The notes beneath the pieces were generated by a model, which saw only the letters and a list, made by a program, of their open reading frames with translations, was not told where the DNA came from and did not search any database. Below, one piece after another: positions 29,421-45,941 of a DNA stretch of 64,000 nt; the first letter of the stretch is position 1, and each line of letters begins with the position of its first letter. Source of the stretch: the human T2T-CHM13v2.0 reference genome, Homo sapiens; the NCBI RefSeq assembly GCF_009914755.1, contig NC_060930.1. One strand, written 5' to 3'. A program made the translations under genes and the position numbers.

Positions 29421-31729
29421 GTTGGCCCTAAAAGTCTCTCAAAAAAAGCTCATTTTCTTCTATCAATACTGTATGTCTACTGTGTTACGTTCTTGACATA
29501 GTGCTTCCTCAAAAAAATTTCCCCATTTCACAGAAAACATAATTAAGTCTCAGAAAGGTCATGTATGTACAAATCAAAGAATGAATTCAAATCCAAGGTT
29601 ATCTGGCACCAAAGCCTGTATTTCTTCTATTATAACACGTACCAATAACCAATTTTTTTTTTTTTTTTTTTTTTACCTAACATGCCTTCCCTCAGATTTC
29701 AGCAATTCATTTTTGTATCATTCTTTATTAAGAAAATGTCACCTCCAGTGCCAAGTGAGAAGGGCCATGACAGGGTTGATATAATTTAAGTTTTAGCTTT
29801 ATAACTGGATAGTGTTGAGTATATTTCAATCATTCTGTGTTATCAAAGCATTTGAATCACAAGAATTACAGAAAAACTGTAATTCTCACCCAAAGAATTT
29901 CAACTATATAAATCAGTTTTGTGGCTATAATCTAAAACAAAAATAAACTGTAATTCAAAGAAAAGAATGACAACTATGTCATACCCAAATCAAGGGTAAG
30001 AGAATATGTATCAAAGAGATATAGATTTTTCTTCCACAATAAAATTTCACTTTGGGCAGCTACAGCATTTTTTTTTCTACATACCAAGTTAAATCTGCTG
30101 ATAGAAAGCAGGTAGGATGTCATCAATTTGAGGCTACATTTTATATTTCTTATTTCAGCATTAAAACTAAGATACCCATTTAAACGTTAGTATAGGTAGG
30201 ATCTCTACCAGATATGTAGAACAGATTCTCCACCCTCCACTTCCAGCAGACTAGGTAGTCTGGTGCAACTCTCATTTTAAGGTTACATTTCACACTTTTA
30301 TCTGGTTACTATTTCAGACGTTTCAAAGACGAGCATCAGCTAGCCTGACTAATTGCATTATGTTCTGGGTACAGAAAACACTGTTAAAACTGACCCCTTG
30401 CAATGCCCAGAAGTAATTTTCCTCTTTAAACTGTATTTGGTTTTAAAATAGATGACTAGAATCGTGAGAGAGTAACCCACTCTCATCTTGTCTGAGAGAA
30501 AAGCATTAAACAGAAACGTAAGAAAATCTAATGACTCTAATATAAAAAGTGAGATACCAGATTTTTCTTACAGGCCTACACTAAGAAATTGGCTAGCTTT
30601 GTGAGTTAAATCCATTATAGCTTTGTGATTTAAATCCACTACAGGTTTACATTTTAAACCTATTTAAAATGTAAAGATTTCACATTAACCTTCAGGGCAA
30701 AGCAGTTCACGTTTAAAAACTGAAACATCGCCACACTGCCACAAGATTATAGATATTTCTCTGGTGAAGAACACATGACTAGCCATTATTACTTCATATC
30801 ATCTCTCACTCCAGATTACTTGTTAGTAGAATAAAGCATGCTTACTGCACAACCATTTTCTCTATTGTAGTTGCTTATGTTAATATATCATAAGGAGAAA
30901 AAAAAATTTTCAAAATTCTAAACAGATTCCAGACCCAAACTAACATCTTATATAATCTCTCAGAAACAATACGTCAATATGCCTTTATGTTCATGGATTA
31001 GAATGACTATCTGATTTGTCAATTAAGCTGAAACACTTTGAGGATAAAAGCAAAAATTAACCAGTTAGGATGAATAGGTAATAAGGTATAAAGTGGGACT
31101 GTCTGTACCTGGCAAAATGGAACACATGGTTACCCTACCAAAGACCTATTCGTAAGAGGCAATCCTTAGGAGAAATCTAATATCAAGTTTATCTAAGAGA
31201 TAAAATAGGGTGATATTTAACCACTGTGTATCTCAATTTCTTTACCTGTAAAATGAATATATTACCCTCTCACCTACTTTAAAATATTTCACTGAGATAA
31301 TACACAGTCACTGTGAAATACTAAATATGTTGCAAATGCAGCACATATTTTACCCCTAATGAAAACTATTATTAACTAGAGAGCTTTTCTTTAAAAACCT
31401 TTAGGAAATCCAGAAATAAACTCTTTGAGGACTCATATATAAAGGCAAAGTTTATTTTACATGTGCATATACACATATATATTACACATCCTCATCATTT
31501 TTATCATATCCTTTTTCTATTAATTATCACAGCCTTTTCTTTTAAAACCTTCTACATAAAATATGTGATTTTTTAAAATCGTGGCAAAAGAAAATCAGGA
31601 ACTGCTGACAAATATTAAAAGACGCAAGTTAAGCTATTTTAAACACAGACAATTCATTTACTATCTTGATTCAGAGCTAATAAAAGCAATAATCTCCTCT
31701 GGAGTTCTCTGTATGAAATGGAAGGGTAG

Positions 31730-32025
31730 GGCTAGGTACGGTGGCTCACGCCTGTAATCCCAGCACTTTGAGAGGCCGAAGCGGGCGGATCACGAGGTCA
31801 GAAGATCAAGACTATCCTGTCTAACACAGTGAAACCCCGTTTCTACGAAAAATACAAAAAATTAGCCAGGCGTGGTGGCCGGCACCTGTAGTCCCAACTA
31901 CTCAGGAGGCAGAGGCAGGAGAATGGCATGAACCCGGGAGGCGGAGCTTGCAGTAAGCCAACACTGCGCCACTGCATTCCAGCCTGGGCGACAGAGCGAG
32001 ACTCCATCTCAAAAAAAAAAAAAAA
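31730..32025 (+). mobile_element. AluY
   Basis: gaatggcatgaacccgggaggcggagcttg. Confidence 0.92.
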
Positions 32026-32235
32026 GAAATAGAAGAGTGACTTCAGCACTGCAACCATAGGTGGTTATATCACTGCAATTCCATATTACAATAGCAATGG
32101 CAACAATATATCCTAATGTGACTAGATTGCCTACCACACTGAGAATATCTGGCGGGGTCAATATCAACTAATATTAAAATATACTACGCACTCAAAAAAG
32201 TGTTAATACAGTTCCAACAAGTTTTTAATAACCTA

Positions 32236-32604
<369 letters not shown>

Positions 32605-33319
32605 TCATGTGTATTCTCTGATAGGCACCTAATATTATGCAAATACACAACAGAAACTCAGAAACACTTAACTAATTGCCATACTTACTTACATTGATTA
32701 AAATGAGAAATATATACTTGGAGGAACTAAAGTTGGAGAGGAAGAAAAATGCAAATGCTTATATTACGACCTTAGAATTACAGGTAAATTTTCTTAGTTC
32801 CTTTAATATAGTTCTAATATTCTAATAATTAAAAGATGTGAAATCACATTAACTCCACAAAAACACTTAATAAAAGCACTACTATAGTAATAATGGCAAT
32901 TGCTAAAATTTATTATTTACTCTGTATTAGCATGGTAAATAATCATGGATACAAACAAAAAACATACAATTCTTTTCTGTGAGAAGTTCATTGACTTTTC
33001 TCAATAAATTGGTAGAATACTCAAATACACTGATACTGGGCCGTGTGTGAACTTCTCAGAGCAATTTCTGACTATTTCACTATATTCTGGGATCTCCTAC
33101 AGGACCTTTTATTATTACGGGGATTATTTAGAGGACTTTTTGAGACCCTTTCCATTTCTATGATGCTATATTAATACTAACTAACCCTCAGATTCCATGG
33201 ATGACTTCTCAAAGCTGGGTCTATCCAATATTCCAAAGAGGAAAATCTATCAAGCCTATTAAAGAATATGTTTCATAAAGCAATGGCTCCCATACCTCGT
33301 AGAGGATGAGAACCAAGGA

Positions 33320-33750
33320 ACTTTTTAAAAATCAGGATTTCCAAACTCCAAATCAGGACCTCCAGAGTTAAGATCTAGGTATCTGGATTTTTTTTTTTTT
33401 TTTTTGGATGGTGTCTCACTCTGTTGCCCAGTCTGGAGTGCAGTGGTGTGATCTCGGCTCACCGCAAACTCCGTCTCCGGGTTCAAGCAATTCTCCTGTC
33501 TCCGTCTCCCAAGTACCTGGGACTACAGGTGTGCGTCACCATGCCCTGCTAATTTCTGTATTTTTAGTAAAGACAGGGTTTCACCACATTGGCCAGGCTG
33601 ATGTCAAACTCCTGATCTCAAGTGATCCACCCGCCTTGGCCTTCCAAAGTGCTGGGATTATAGGCATGAGCCACTGCAGCTGGACTAGATACCTGGATTT
33701 TTTAAAACTCACAAGTCTAATGATCAGCCAGGTTTGGTAACCACTGCCAT
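33320..33750. mobile_element. MER5-like MITE interrupted by an antisense AluS (33388-33685)
   Basis: MITE end cagccaggtttggtaaccactg; Alu TSD CTAG(G/A)TA(T/C)CTGGA. Confidence 0.7.
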
Positions 33751-34478
33751 AAAAAATGGCAATTTTGAAAATATAGACAAGTTGGCTTCATGATTCTAGA
33801 TGCTTATTTTATGGAGCTGATAGGCTGATACAATAATACAATACTATTAATTTCTGAATATGGTAGAAATTGTATAAAAATAGGGCTTCAAAGTAAACAT
33901 CTGTTAGCTGATTTTATTCATAGGGTTTTTAAGTAACACTGTAAAAAATGTTTCTAATGAGAAATTAATATACTAGTTAAAATCTCTTTGTATTTGAAGC
34001 AAACTTCATGGTTGTTTAATAAGTTATCTTAGCAAAAAGCTTCACTAAAGAAGTGCTATTCTGAAGTACTTTTATTAAATTATTCACAAAAATAAGTAAT
34101 TCATTCCTCGAGAAATTTCTTTGCCAATCATAATAGATTTTAAAACTAGAAGGAATCTTTGTGACAATCCAATCCCATGATTTTTTGTTAACGGAAGACA
34201 AAGCTAGAAAGGTTTAAGTAATTTGCTCAGGGTCACACAATTGTTCAGTAGCAGGGCCAGGACTACATACCAAATCTTCTACAAGTAATTTTTTTTAATT
34301 AAACAATTAAAACATAAACTTTATAATTTTTCAAGATGTTTACAGAAACATTATACATAAATAATCTCTGTGATTGTAGTCTGACTTTTCTTGTTTCTGC
34401 TCACTTATTTTCTAATTTGTCCAAATAATTACATATTAATTGACAATATAAGAAAGTTTTTAAAAAATGAAGTCTTAC

Positions 34479-34655
34479 CATTTCATCTGGTACTCCATGG
34501 CGATCAAACTTGTAAAATGATGCTACATGAGTAATAATCCACCAACTAAAACCTAATGGATCCCTGGACTGGATTACAGGCATAGAGGATCTTCTTCGGT
34601 CACTTGATTTTTCAAGCAGTGTTTTAAGTAGTTTATTCAACCAGTTCCAAAATGA
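34479..34655 (-). CDS. MMS22L: MMS22L exon 10
   Basis: ctatag|TCA...ATG|GTAAGA; 177 nt; SFWNWLNKLLKTLLEKSSDRRRSSMPVIQSRDPLGFSWWIITHVASFYKFDRHGVPDEM (overlaps ORF 34401..34640). Confidence 0.97.
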
Positions 34656-34719
34656 CTATAGAAACAGAAGTAATTTGATTCCATTAAGACAGTTTCAATA
34701 ACCTTTGATTTCGTGGTTT

Positions 34720-37700
34720 TTCTCTATTTTTATAATGAAGCATATATACAAAAGACAAAACACATATATAAAACTGAAATAATAAAAATGCCCAGGTTAA
34801 GAATCAGAACATAAATAGTACTTTAGAAGTACCTTACAGGTCACCACATCTTCCTCCTCCATCCAGTAGTTAACAATTTTGCTGACTTTCATGATAAATC
34901 ATTTCCTTGCTTTTTTGTTTCACCACACAGGTATACCAGCCTATATTATATATTGTGTGGCTTCATCTGTATTTTGTTTTTTTTAAATGCATGTCTGTAT
35001 TCTCAAGCGGCTTGTTTCTAATTCTTTTGTAACTTGCTTCTTTGGTCAATGCTGCGTTTCTGATGAACTCATCTATATTAATGAAAACTGCCATAGCTTA
35101 TTGCAATATTCCAGTATATGACTATATGATAAAACATTTATTCAATCTACTATTGCAGAACATTTAGTGAGTTTTAGGTTTTTCTAGGTATTTCATGTAA
35201 ATGTTCAAGTTATTAGACATAAAGTTGTCGACAGTATCTCTTACCTTTCTAATGTATACAGAAACTGAAGTCATGTTCCTTTTTATATTTCTAGTATTGA
35301 GTATTTTTGTAATCATCTTAAGTAACATTGGCCAATTTTAGGTATCAATTTGAGGAACCAACTTTTGCTCATTTTATCCTTTTCATTGTTTTAATTTCAT
35401 AATTTTTTGTTATTTTTATAATTTCATTCCTTTTACCTTCTTTGGATTTACTATGAAGGGCTTATTGCTAACATCTTGAGATAAATTATTAGTTCATTTG
35501 CAATCTTTCTTTTTTCCTGTATTTGCATATACAGTTACAAATTTCCCTCTAATTATAACTTTTAGCTGTAGTCCCAAAACTTTAGTTTACAGAATGTTAT
35601 TTACTTTGGAATATTTTCTAATTTCCATCATCTCTTCTTTAACTTATGAGTTATTTAGAAATATATTTCATTATTTCTATGCATGTGTATTTCTCCTTGA
35701 AATCATCTGTCCATTTTAAATTGCTACGGTTAACACCATGTTATTAGCCACATGCAAATTTAAATTTATCCCTGATAAAGTAAACCTTTCATCACTATAA
35801 AACAACTTAATGCTTTTTTGTTTTAAAGTCAAAATTTTTCCAATATTTGTTTAATACGTCACTTTCTTGTATCTTTTCTATCAATTTTGAACCTTGATAT
35901 ATTCTGTTTTAGAATATATCCTGACAATATGTCTTTTAAATGGAGCTTTTAGTAGTACCATTGCAGTTAATATAATGACTAATATATTTAGTTTTAAATC
36001 TACAATCTTATTCCATATTTCTATTTGTATACCTACTGTATCCATCAACACCTCCTTCTCTGGGGTTGAATATTAATTTTTTCCCCCTCTACCTGCTTGG
36101 AAGTTAAAAAGTCTACTTTTCTTCTTTCAGTGATGATCTTAGAAATAAACATTACACATCCAAATGTCTTGGTAAATTAACATAGACCTTTCTCTTAGAG
36201 CAAACAAGAACCTTAAAAGAGTAGCTCATTTATGTCCTACTCACTTTAGATGGTACTATTACTATGTGCTTTAGCCGTTTTTTAATTCCAATAAATTATA
36301 TTACTGATTTATACAAAACATGTACCACTTTCTTTGCTCTTTATTCCTTCTACATGTCAGAATTCCCATTTTGGCATCACCATTCTTCTGCCTAAATATC
36401 CTTCAGGATTCTCTTCAATTTTGCTTCAATGAAAATAGCTTTATTTTACCTCACTTTTTAAAGATATTAATAGGTAAAGAATTTTAGGTTGACAAATATT
36501 GTTTTGATACAATAAGGATATCATTCCCACTGGCCTCCATTGTTGTTGAAAAGTCAGCTGCCCAATTGTCACTCTTTTAGTGGTACTATATTGGCCAGCT
36601 GTGGCAGCTCACACCTGTAATCATAACACTTTGGGAGGGCAAGGCAGAAGGACTGCTTGAGGTCAGGTGTTCGAGACCAACCTGGGCAGACCAGTGAGAC
36701 CCTGTCTCTACAAAAAATAAATTAGCCAGGTGTGGTGGCATGTGCTTGTACTCCCAGCTACTAAGGAGTCTGAGACAGGAGGATCACTTGAGTTCAACAG
36801 GTTGAGGCTGCAGTGAGCTGTGACCACACTACTGCACTCCAGACTGGGTGACACAGTGAGACCTTCTCTCTTAAAAAAATAAATAAAATAAAGTAACACA
36901 TTTTTCTGTAAGATGCTTTAAATTTCTTCTCTTTGTCTTTGGTCTTCTGTGATTCCACTGTGATGTTATCTGGGTGTGTTTTTTCTTTTTATTTACCCTA
37001 TGTGGGTGCACTGAATTTATCTGATTAGCTTTCACTAACATTTGAAAATTTTCAAGTCATTTTTTCTTCAAATATTTTTGTTGTTCCACTTCCTTTTTAA
37101 CTATAGTTAGAAGTATATCAGACATCCTCTCTATTCTTAATGTCTCTTAACCACTCTTTCATGTTTTCCATCTTTTGTTATATTATGCATAACAGATCTT
37201 ATTCAAAATTAGCCTACTATACCATTATGCAGCAATCATAAGGTGCATTTAGCTATCCCATCATTTAATGTTTCTTCAGCTTACTTTAATCTGTAAGCGT
37301 TCCTCAGACTATACCACTCATAACCTTGATATTTTTAGAGTATACCAGTTTTTCAGGTTTGTCTGACATTACACATTTTATTCTTTTTTTGTGGGGGGAG
37401 AGGGTCTCACTCTGTTGCCCAGGCTACAGGGCACTGGTGCAAAATTCTGGGCTCAAGTGATCATCCCACCTCAGCCTCCCAAGTAGCTGGGACCACAGGC
37501 ATGCCACCACCACACATAGGTAATCTTGTTTATTTTTTGTAAAGATTACGTCTCTATGTTGCCCAGTCTTGAACTCCTGGGCTCAAGCAATCCTCTCACC
37601 TAGGACTCCCAAAGTGCTGGGGTTACAGGCATGAGCCACCACACCTGGTCTATTTTTGTTCTTTCAAGGCATCATATTGATGGTACATGATATCAATCTG

Positions 37701-40700
37701 TCCTATTACTAGTTAACTTTGATTGCTTGGTTAAGGTAGTACCTGCCACATTTTCTGTACTATAAAGTTATTATTTTCCCTTTTATAATTGATAAATATT
37801 ATGTAAAGATCTTAACAAACTATGTAAATGTGCTGTTTTTCATCAGTTTTGTCCACTACTTTAAGCATCCATTGAGGATTCTTGCCTGAAACAATTACCA
37901 TGGAGGTTGTCAAATGGTGATTTTCTAATTCCATCATGACTCTACATCTATTAGGAAGAGCTTCCCTTTTCCCAATTTGTTTATATCAGTAGGGACTCAC
38001 AGATTCCTAGTGAACAGATTACAATCCCTTACTATTTTGTAGCTCAACAGCAATGGAGGCCAGTGGGATGATATCCTTATTGTATCAAAACAGTATTTGT
38101 CAACCTAAAATTCTTTACCTATTAATATCTTTAAAAAGTGAGGTAAAATAAAGCTATTTTAGCCTATAGACCTTAAGGCTGACTCTCATGTCCTTCTGAC
38201 ATGTACTCATCATTTTTTGAGCACTTCCTTAGTTTCTGGTACAAGATGTTTCAGGCTCATGTTTACTTTCCATGCTTCATCCTGTAATCAGCCATTTGTT
38301 CAAAGACTCGTTTCCTTTCACTACAGAATGGTTATTTTGAAACTAAGATATAGCTGCAATGTGTATATTGTTACTCAGTATCATTGCTTGTAAGCCCACC
38401 CAGTGAAAAAGGTAGGAAATGGAGGTATGCACACACACACATATACATTTATATATAGTCCTATATATTAAAAAGAAGTATTGCATACTATAACAAATTC
38501 TAATCCAACATAATGTGCTTCATGCTGGCTTTCCTTCTTTCCATATGTGTAACTCAATTCCCCAACACAGACAAACCTGACTCCAATTACCCACAATGTA
38601 TTTATTAATTTGTCCAGTCCAAGAATACAAATATAATAGATTTAAAATTGCTAATCCTCACATAACAATGTAAAAAACAAATCTCCTAAGTATTTACAAT
38701 TCTTTATGATTGTCTTTAGCCTTATAGTATAGTGTCAAAATAGTACATTCTTAAGTTACCTGGGTTAACATTGCCAATCCCCTCAAAGAGTGTTATTCAT
38801 TTAAAATACATTTAAGTTCAGTTGTTTCTGTTATATTCCATTGAGTGCACCTTTCATACAGATTGATTTAATTTTAGGGCATGTGGAACATTAACACGAT
38901 TCTAAAGTCAGAACTACCCAAATAATTACATCAAACCCTTCCACTCCATTTTCACCCACCCATCTTTATTTTTACCCACCAATCTCAATAGTTTGTCTTT
39001 CCAGTATTTATTTGTGCACAATTGAACACATATATATACACACACACACATTGCCTTTTTCCTAATTTCTTATACAAAAGGTAACATCATCCTATAGTTT
39101 TGAACTTTATTTCTATCATTTAACAATACATTCTGCAACTCACTCCGTATCAGTTCAGATATCTTCCTCATTCTATTGTACAACTACAAATAGAATGGTT
39201 AATTTTATGTGTCAACTTGAACAGGCCACAGGATGCCAAGATATTTGGTTAAATATTATTCTGAGTGTGTCTATAAAGGTTTTCTCGTTGAGAGTTACAT
39301 TTTAATTGGTAGGCTGAGTAAAGAGATGGCCCTCTCTAATATGGGTGGGTGCCATCCAATCAATTAGTGGCCTGAATACAACAAAAAGTCCTCCGAGGGT
39401 AGAGAAGACTCCCTGTGCTTCATACTGAAACACTGTTCTTTTCCTGCCTTCAGACTTGGACTCAGACTGGAAATTACACCATTGGCTTTCCTGGTTTGCA
39501 GACCTTTGGACTGAGACTGGAAACTATACCATCAGCTCCTCTGGGTCTTCAGCTTGCCAACCTCAGATTCGGGACTTCTTGGCCTCCATAACTCTGCGAG
39601 CCAATTCATTATAATAAATCTTATATATATATATATCTATATATCCTATTGGCTGTTTCTCTGGAGAACACACACTAATACAGAATAATACTTCAGAGTA
39701 CAGATATACCATGGTTTGTTCAACTACTCTTTTATATATAAGAATTTAGTTTCTACTATACTATTATAAAAACAATACTGCAATAAATAAACGTATGCAT
39801 ATGCATTTTAATTTTGGAGGGTACACATTTAGAGTAAATTCCTGGAAGTGGGATTGCTAGGGTCAAAGTTACAAAATCCTTGGCTCACACTTTTTCATTG
39901 AGTCATTTTAAATGCTGCATTGAGGCCTTGTTTTAAGTTGACTTTGCAAGTCTAGTGCCAATAAAATTATTTTGCTCTTATAAGTTGTTTGGTCTTTGTG
40001 CCTAGAGGACTTGGAGATTTTTTCCTTTATGTTTAAAGTGAAACAGTTTTAGTAAGACTTGTCTTCGGGTGGATTGCTTGGGGTTAATCTTTCAAATTAT
40101 CCAGCAGACTCTTTCAATACGTAGATTTAGATCTTTTATTTCTGGGAAGTTTCCTTTGATTATAGTTTTTAATATTAGCTATATCACACTGTTTTCTTCT
40201 CTAGGGATTGCATTTATATGTACAGTTATTTCCTCCTTGCCTACCTTCCATCTCAACCATTTTCTCACTCTCTTCATATTTATCTCATTTTTATTCCCTT
40301 AGTTGTTTTCAACCTTTCTTCTATGCCCCTTATTAAATTTTCATTTAAGTCTATTCTCCCTCAGTCATGTTGTAATTTAGTCAATACGGATATAATTTTC
40401 CTCTTCCTATTTCTTTCCTGCATTGAATGTATTCTTTCCATCCATCCCCGGTTTTCTGTCCATTTGTTTTTAACATTTGAGTATCTTATTCAAGGTGTTT
40501 TTCTATACTCCCAGATGTAGTCTGAACAGACAAACTAATTCAATCTACAGTGTTGTCAGTTTCTTCTGTTTTATGGTTGTTTCTGGGGGAGAGGGTACCA
40601 TCAACTAAAGTGTTATCAAATCTGTTTTCTTCTAGTAAGTTTATAATGGTCTAGTTTCATTCCATTCATTTTGTAGATTAGGATTAGCTTAAAAGATTCT

Positions 40701-41150
40701 TAATTCAGGGTTACCTTCTTTTGACAATGCACCAAAGTCCCATTTCTTTACTGAATTTCCTTTCCTTTTCTTTCTTCTTTTTTTTTGGTGGTGGGAGAGG
40801 GTATGAGTCCTTTGATTTATTCTTTTTTTGGTGGTGGTGTTTTAAGACCCTAAATTTTCTGCTTTCTCTTCTGGTGCCCTTCACCACCCAATCACCAATG
40901 GGTACCATGATTCATTTTTGCCTTCTACAGAAACTCCATGTCATGTGGACACTTTTATGTTTCTTTCTTATCAGTTCTCCGATCTACAAGAAAACTTTTT
41001 CAGTATCTTCACATTCTGGCAATGATTTTAAAGCAGTTTTATAACCACTGTTAGTTCTCTTCTCAGAGTAGTTTTTCTCAGACTGCCCTGCCTTGCTAGA
41101 AAGGCTCGTGGTAAGAGCTTTAGAGGTTTTCTGTTTTTAAAACTGACAGT
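34720..41150. mobile_element. Patchwork of old L1M fragments with AluJ(+) 36593-36892 and AluJ(-) 37381-37650
   Basis: T-rich diverged L1 motifs, e.g. gaaaagtcagctg and ttgattgcttggttaaggtagt; two diverged Alus. Confidence 0.6.
39191..39682 (+). mobile_element. MLT2D-like LTR
   Basis: atggttaattttatgtgtcaacttg...tctctggagaac...ctaataCA with an internal (TA)n. Confidence 0.82.
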
Positions 41151-41197
41151 ACTAAGCACTCCCATTTGCAGTTATATAATACGTATGTTTTTGTATA

Positions 41198-41623
41198 CAG
41201 CTGACGTTTGAACAACACGGGTTTGAAATGCATGGGTGCGCTTATACATGGATTTTCTTCCATCTCTACCACCCCGAAGACAGCAAGACCAACCCCTCCT
41301 CTTCTTCCTCCTCCTCCTTAGCCTACTCAACATGAAGATGAGGATGAAGACCTTCATGGTGACCTACTTCCACTTAATGAGAAGTAAATATATATTCTCT
41401 TATGGTTTTCTTAACATTTATTTTCTCTAGTTTATCATGTATATAATACATACAACATACAAAATACATGTTAATTGTTTCTTTATGTTATGGGTAAGGA
41501 TTGCAGTCAATAGTAGGCCACCAATGGTTTTTTGGGGAAGTCAAAAGTTACATGCAGTTTTCTGACTGCATGTTGGGGGGACGGTCAGCATCCCTAACTC
41601 CCACATTGTTCAAGAGTCAACAG
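41198..41623. mobile_element. Tigger2a/MER28-type MITE
   Basis: TA|CAGCTGACGTTTGAACAAC...TTGTTCAAGAGTCAACAG|TA; core cagcaagaccaacccctcctc. Confidence 0.85.
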
Positions 41624-42271
41624 TAGATATATTTGATTTTGCTGTTCTATATTTTGTTGGAAGGTTATGTAGGGAGATGTGGGTTTAGGCATCCATCCAT
41701 TTTTCTTGGCTACCCAGAATTCAATGCCTTGAAATTTTTTTTTCTTTTTTCAAGAGAGGGTCTTGCTTTGTCATCCAGGCTGGAGTGCAGTGGCACAATC
41801 TTGGCTCACTGTATCCTCGATATCCTGGGCTCAATGGTTTGAAATTTTTAATAAAATCTAGGTAACATGAACTCAGTCTGTAAACCCACATAAGGGCTAG
41901 AATACAACAAAAAACACACAGACGCAATTTTAAACTTCTGAAAAGCACCACAGTTAAAGACAGTCAGTTTTCCTTACAAATCTAGTTGAGTTTCTACTTC
42001 ATCTTTCTGAGTGCCCAGTTTTATGGATAACTGGTGTAGTTGTAGGCTACCAACTTGATAAACTCTGAACTTTATCTTCTATTCTTGTACCCCTTAATGC
42101 CTGAAAGCCAAAGTTCAAATTTACACAATTCAGCAACTGCCTCTAGGTTATGAAAATAAATTTTTTTACTCAATAAACAAAAATATATTAAGTTTACATT
42201 TATTTGATGCTAAAATAATAATTCAAAATAAATACAGTACTTGCAAACCTACAAAAATAGAGTTGTTATTA

Positions 42272-42592
<321 letters not shown>

Positions 42593-43257
42593 AAAAAAAG
42601 ATAGCAGCACCCAAACCCCAAATTACAGAAAACTGGAAAATTTTAAAATCCATGAAAAATCAAAAGTACCCTTTCATATAACATAAACCATTTTTAATAC
42701 CGTTTTACAACAGACTGTTTTACTTACTTCTGCCTAGGATACTTCTCTTTTTCAATAACCTACAGCACTTGAAATAAAATAAAGCCCTGTTCTGAAGACA
42801 TGACTGAAAATGAAGTGAAAGTTTCTCATCTTCCCTTTTCTGCTTCTCTTCCTCCCTCCTTGAAATTGCTATAAAATTGAGTAATAGAAACCTGTTTTAT
42901 TTCTCCACAAATCTTCTAAATCTGCCGTATTTCCTGACTAAAATGTTTTCTAGGTTACTAATGGGTAGTAAATACCTTAGTCTGAAAGATTTCTGATAGA
43001 ACAACAACAACAAAACTTGAAAAAAAGTAAGGGTTGAACCTTGTACTGCTCTTAGATTTTTCATATTACTAACTTGGGGCTAAAAATAATTAGGGTTAAA
43101 AATAAAGTAGATATTCAGTACTCAGTTATTGCTCTATTGGTGGTTATTATTGCCTTATTATAAAAAAGGAAGTTAAGATTTTTCTCAGTTAAAACCATTG
43201 GATTAAATCAATATAAAGGTTAGTAACAATAACCAACACATCAATTTTCCAACTTAC

Positions 43258-43371
43258 TTCCGAGACAAACCATTTACTTCTGTGGTCTAGAAGATGAATA
43301 AGTAGAACCCATAATTCTTTAATGCATAAACATGGACACTGGTCACTCATTAATGATTCAGAAGACCTAAC
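43258..43371 (-). CDS. MMS22L: MMS22L exon 9
   Basis: ctatag|GTT...GAA|GTAAGT; 114 nt; VRSSESLMSDQCPCLCIKELWVLLIHLLDHRSKWFVSE. Confidence 0.96.
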
Positions 43372-43571
43372 CTATAGAAAATAACCAAAATGTGTTATTT
43401 ATAAGACAGCAGCAGAATTTTAAATGCCATATATCTTTCAAATACTTTTAAAAGAATGATTTAGATGACTAAGAATTTATTCTCAATTAGACAAAATTAT
43501 TTATTGAAAATGTGCAATTTCATTTAACTTTTAAGACAAATTTCCATTTTAAAACAAAAAGCACAGATTAA

Positions 43572-44140
<569 letters not shown>

Positions 44141-45630
44141 GCCCTGAGTCATCTACAACAAAAGACTTCTAATGAAAAGATTAGAAAATAAATTTTGATT
44201 CACTGTAAACAGAGTAAAAATTTTGCAAGACAGAATGAATACAGTTATTAGGGATTTATAAAGATTCAGTAATTTCTAAATTATCTACCTTTTTTTAATA
44301 AAAAAATCCTCAGCAGCCCTAGATAATGCACAGAATGTACACTATATTTGCAAATATAGCTAGGCTTCTTAAATTAATAATGTATGCAATATTTTACGTA
44401 AGTTATGTACACTTTTCTAACCTAATACAAAGTTAAAAAAAAAGTATTAGGATGTTACTAGAAATCCTAGCCACAGCAATTATGCAAAAGAAAGAAAAGG
44501 CATCTAAACAGAAAGAAATGTTAAAATTGTTGCTGTTTGTAGATAACATGATCTTTTATATATAGAAACCTCTAAAGACATCACCAAAAATTATTTGAAT
44601 AAATAAATGCAGTAAAGTTGCAGGATACAAAAATCAACATACAAAATACCATAGCATTTCTATACAATAACAACAAACTATCCAAAAAAGAAATCAATAA
44701 AACAATCCCATATATAGTATATACCTACAAAAATAAAAATACTTAGGGATAAATTTAACCAAAGAGTAAAAGGCCTATACACTGAAAAATAAAAAACACT
44801 GATGAAAGAAACTGAATACAACACAAGTAAGTAGAAAAAATATCTTGTGGTCATGGATTGGAAGAAATATTGTTAAAATGTCCATACTACCCAAAGTGAC
44901 CTACAGATTCAATGAAATCCCTACCAAAATATTTAATGACACTTTTTTACAGAAATAGAAAAAACAATCCTAAAATTGGTAGGAAATCACAAAAGGTCCT
45001 GAATAGACCCAGCAATCTTTAGCAAAAAAGAACAAAGCTCGAGGCATGACACTACCTGACTTCAAAATATACTACAAAGCTACAGTAATCAAAACAGTGT
45101 GCTGCTAGCACACAAACAGACACAGAACAAAACAGAACAATTGATTTTTGACAATGATGAAAAGAGCATGACACGGGGAAAGGACAGCTTCTTCAATAAA
45201 CAGGTTGGGACAACTGGATATCCACATACAGAATGAATTTAGGCCCTTGTTTCACACCATACAGAAAAATCAACTCAAAATAAATTAAAGACTTAAATGT
45301 AAGACCTGAAACTATAAAACTAGAAGAAAACATAGGGGAAAAGCTATATGACAATGGTCTGGTAAATGATTTCTTGGATATGACCCCAAAAAGCACAAGC
45401 CATGAAAATGAAAACTGACAAATGGGATTATATCAAAATAAAAAGGAAATATCTGCAAAGCAAAGGAAAAAAAATCAACGGAATGAAGGGAAAATCTCGA
45501 GAATGGAAGAAAATATTTGCAAACCATACATCTGATAAGGGGTTAGTATTTTAAATATATAAGGAACGCAAACAACTCAATAGCAAGAAAACAACCCAAT
45601 TACAAAATTGGCAAAAAATATAAACAGACG

Positions 45631-45941
<311 letters not shown>

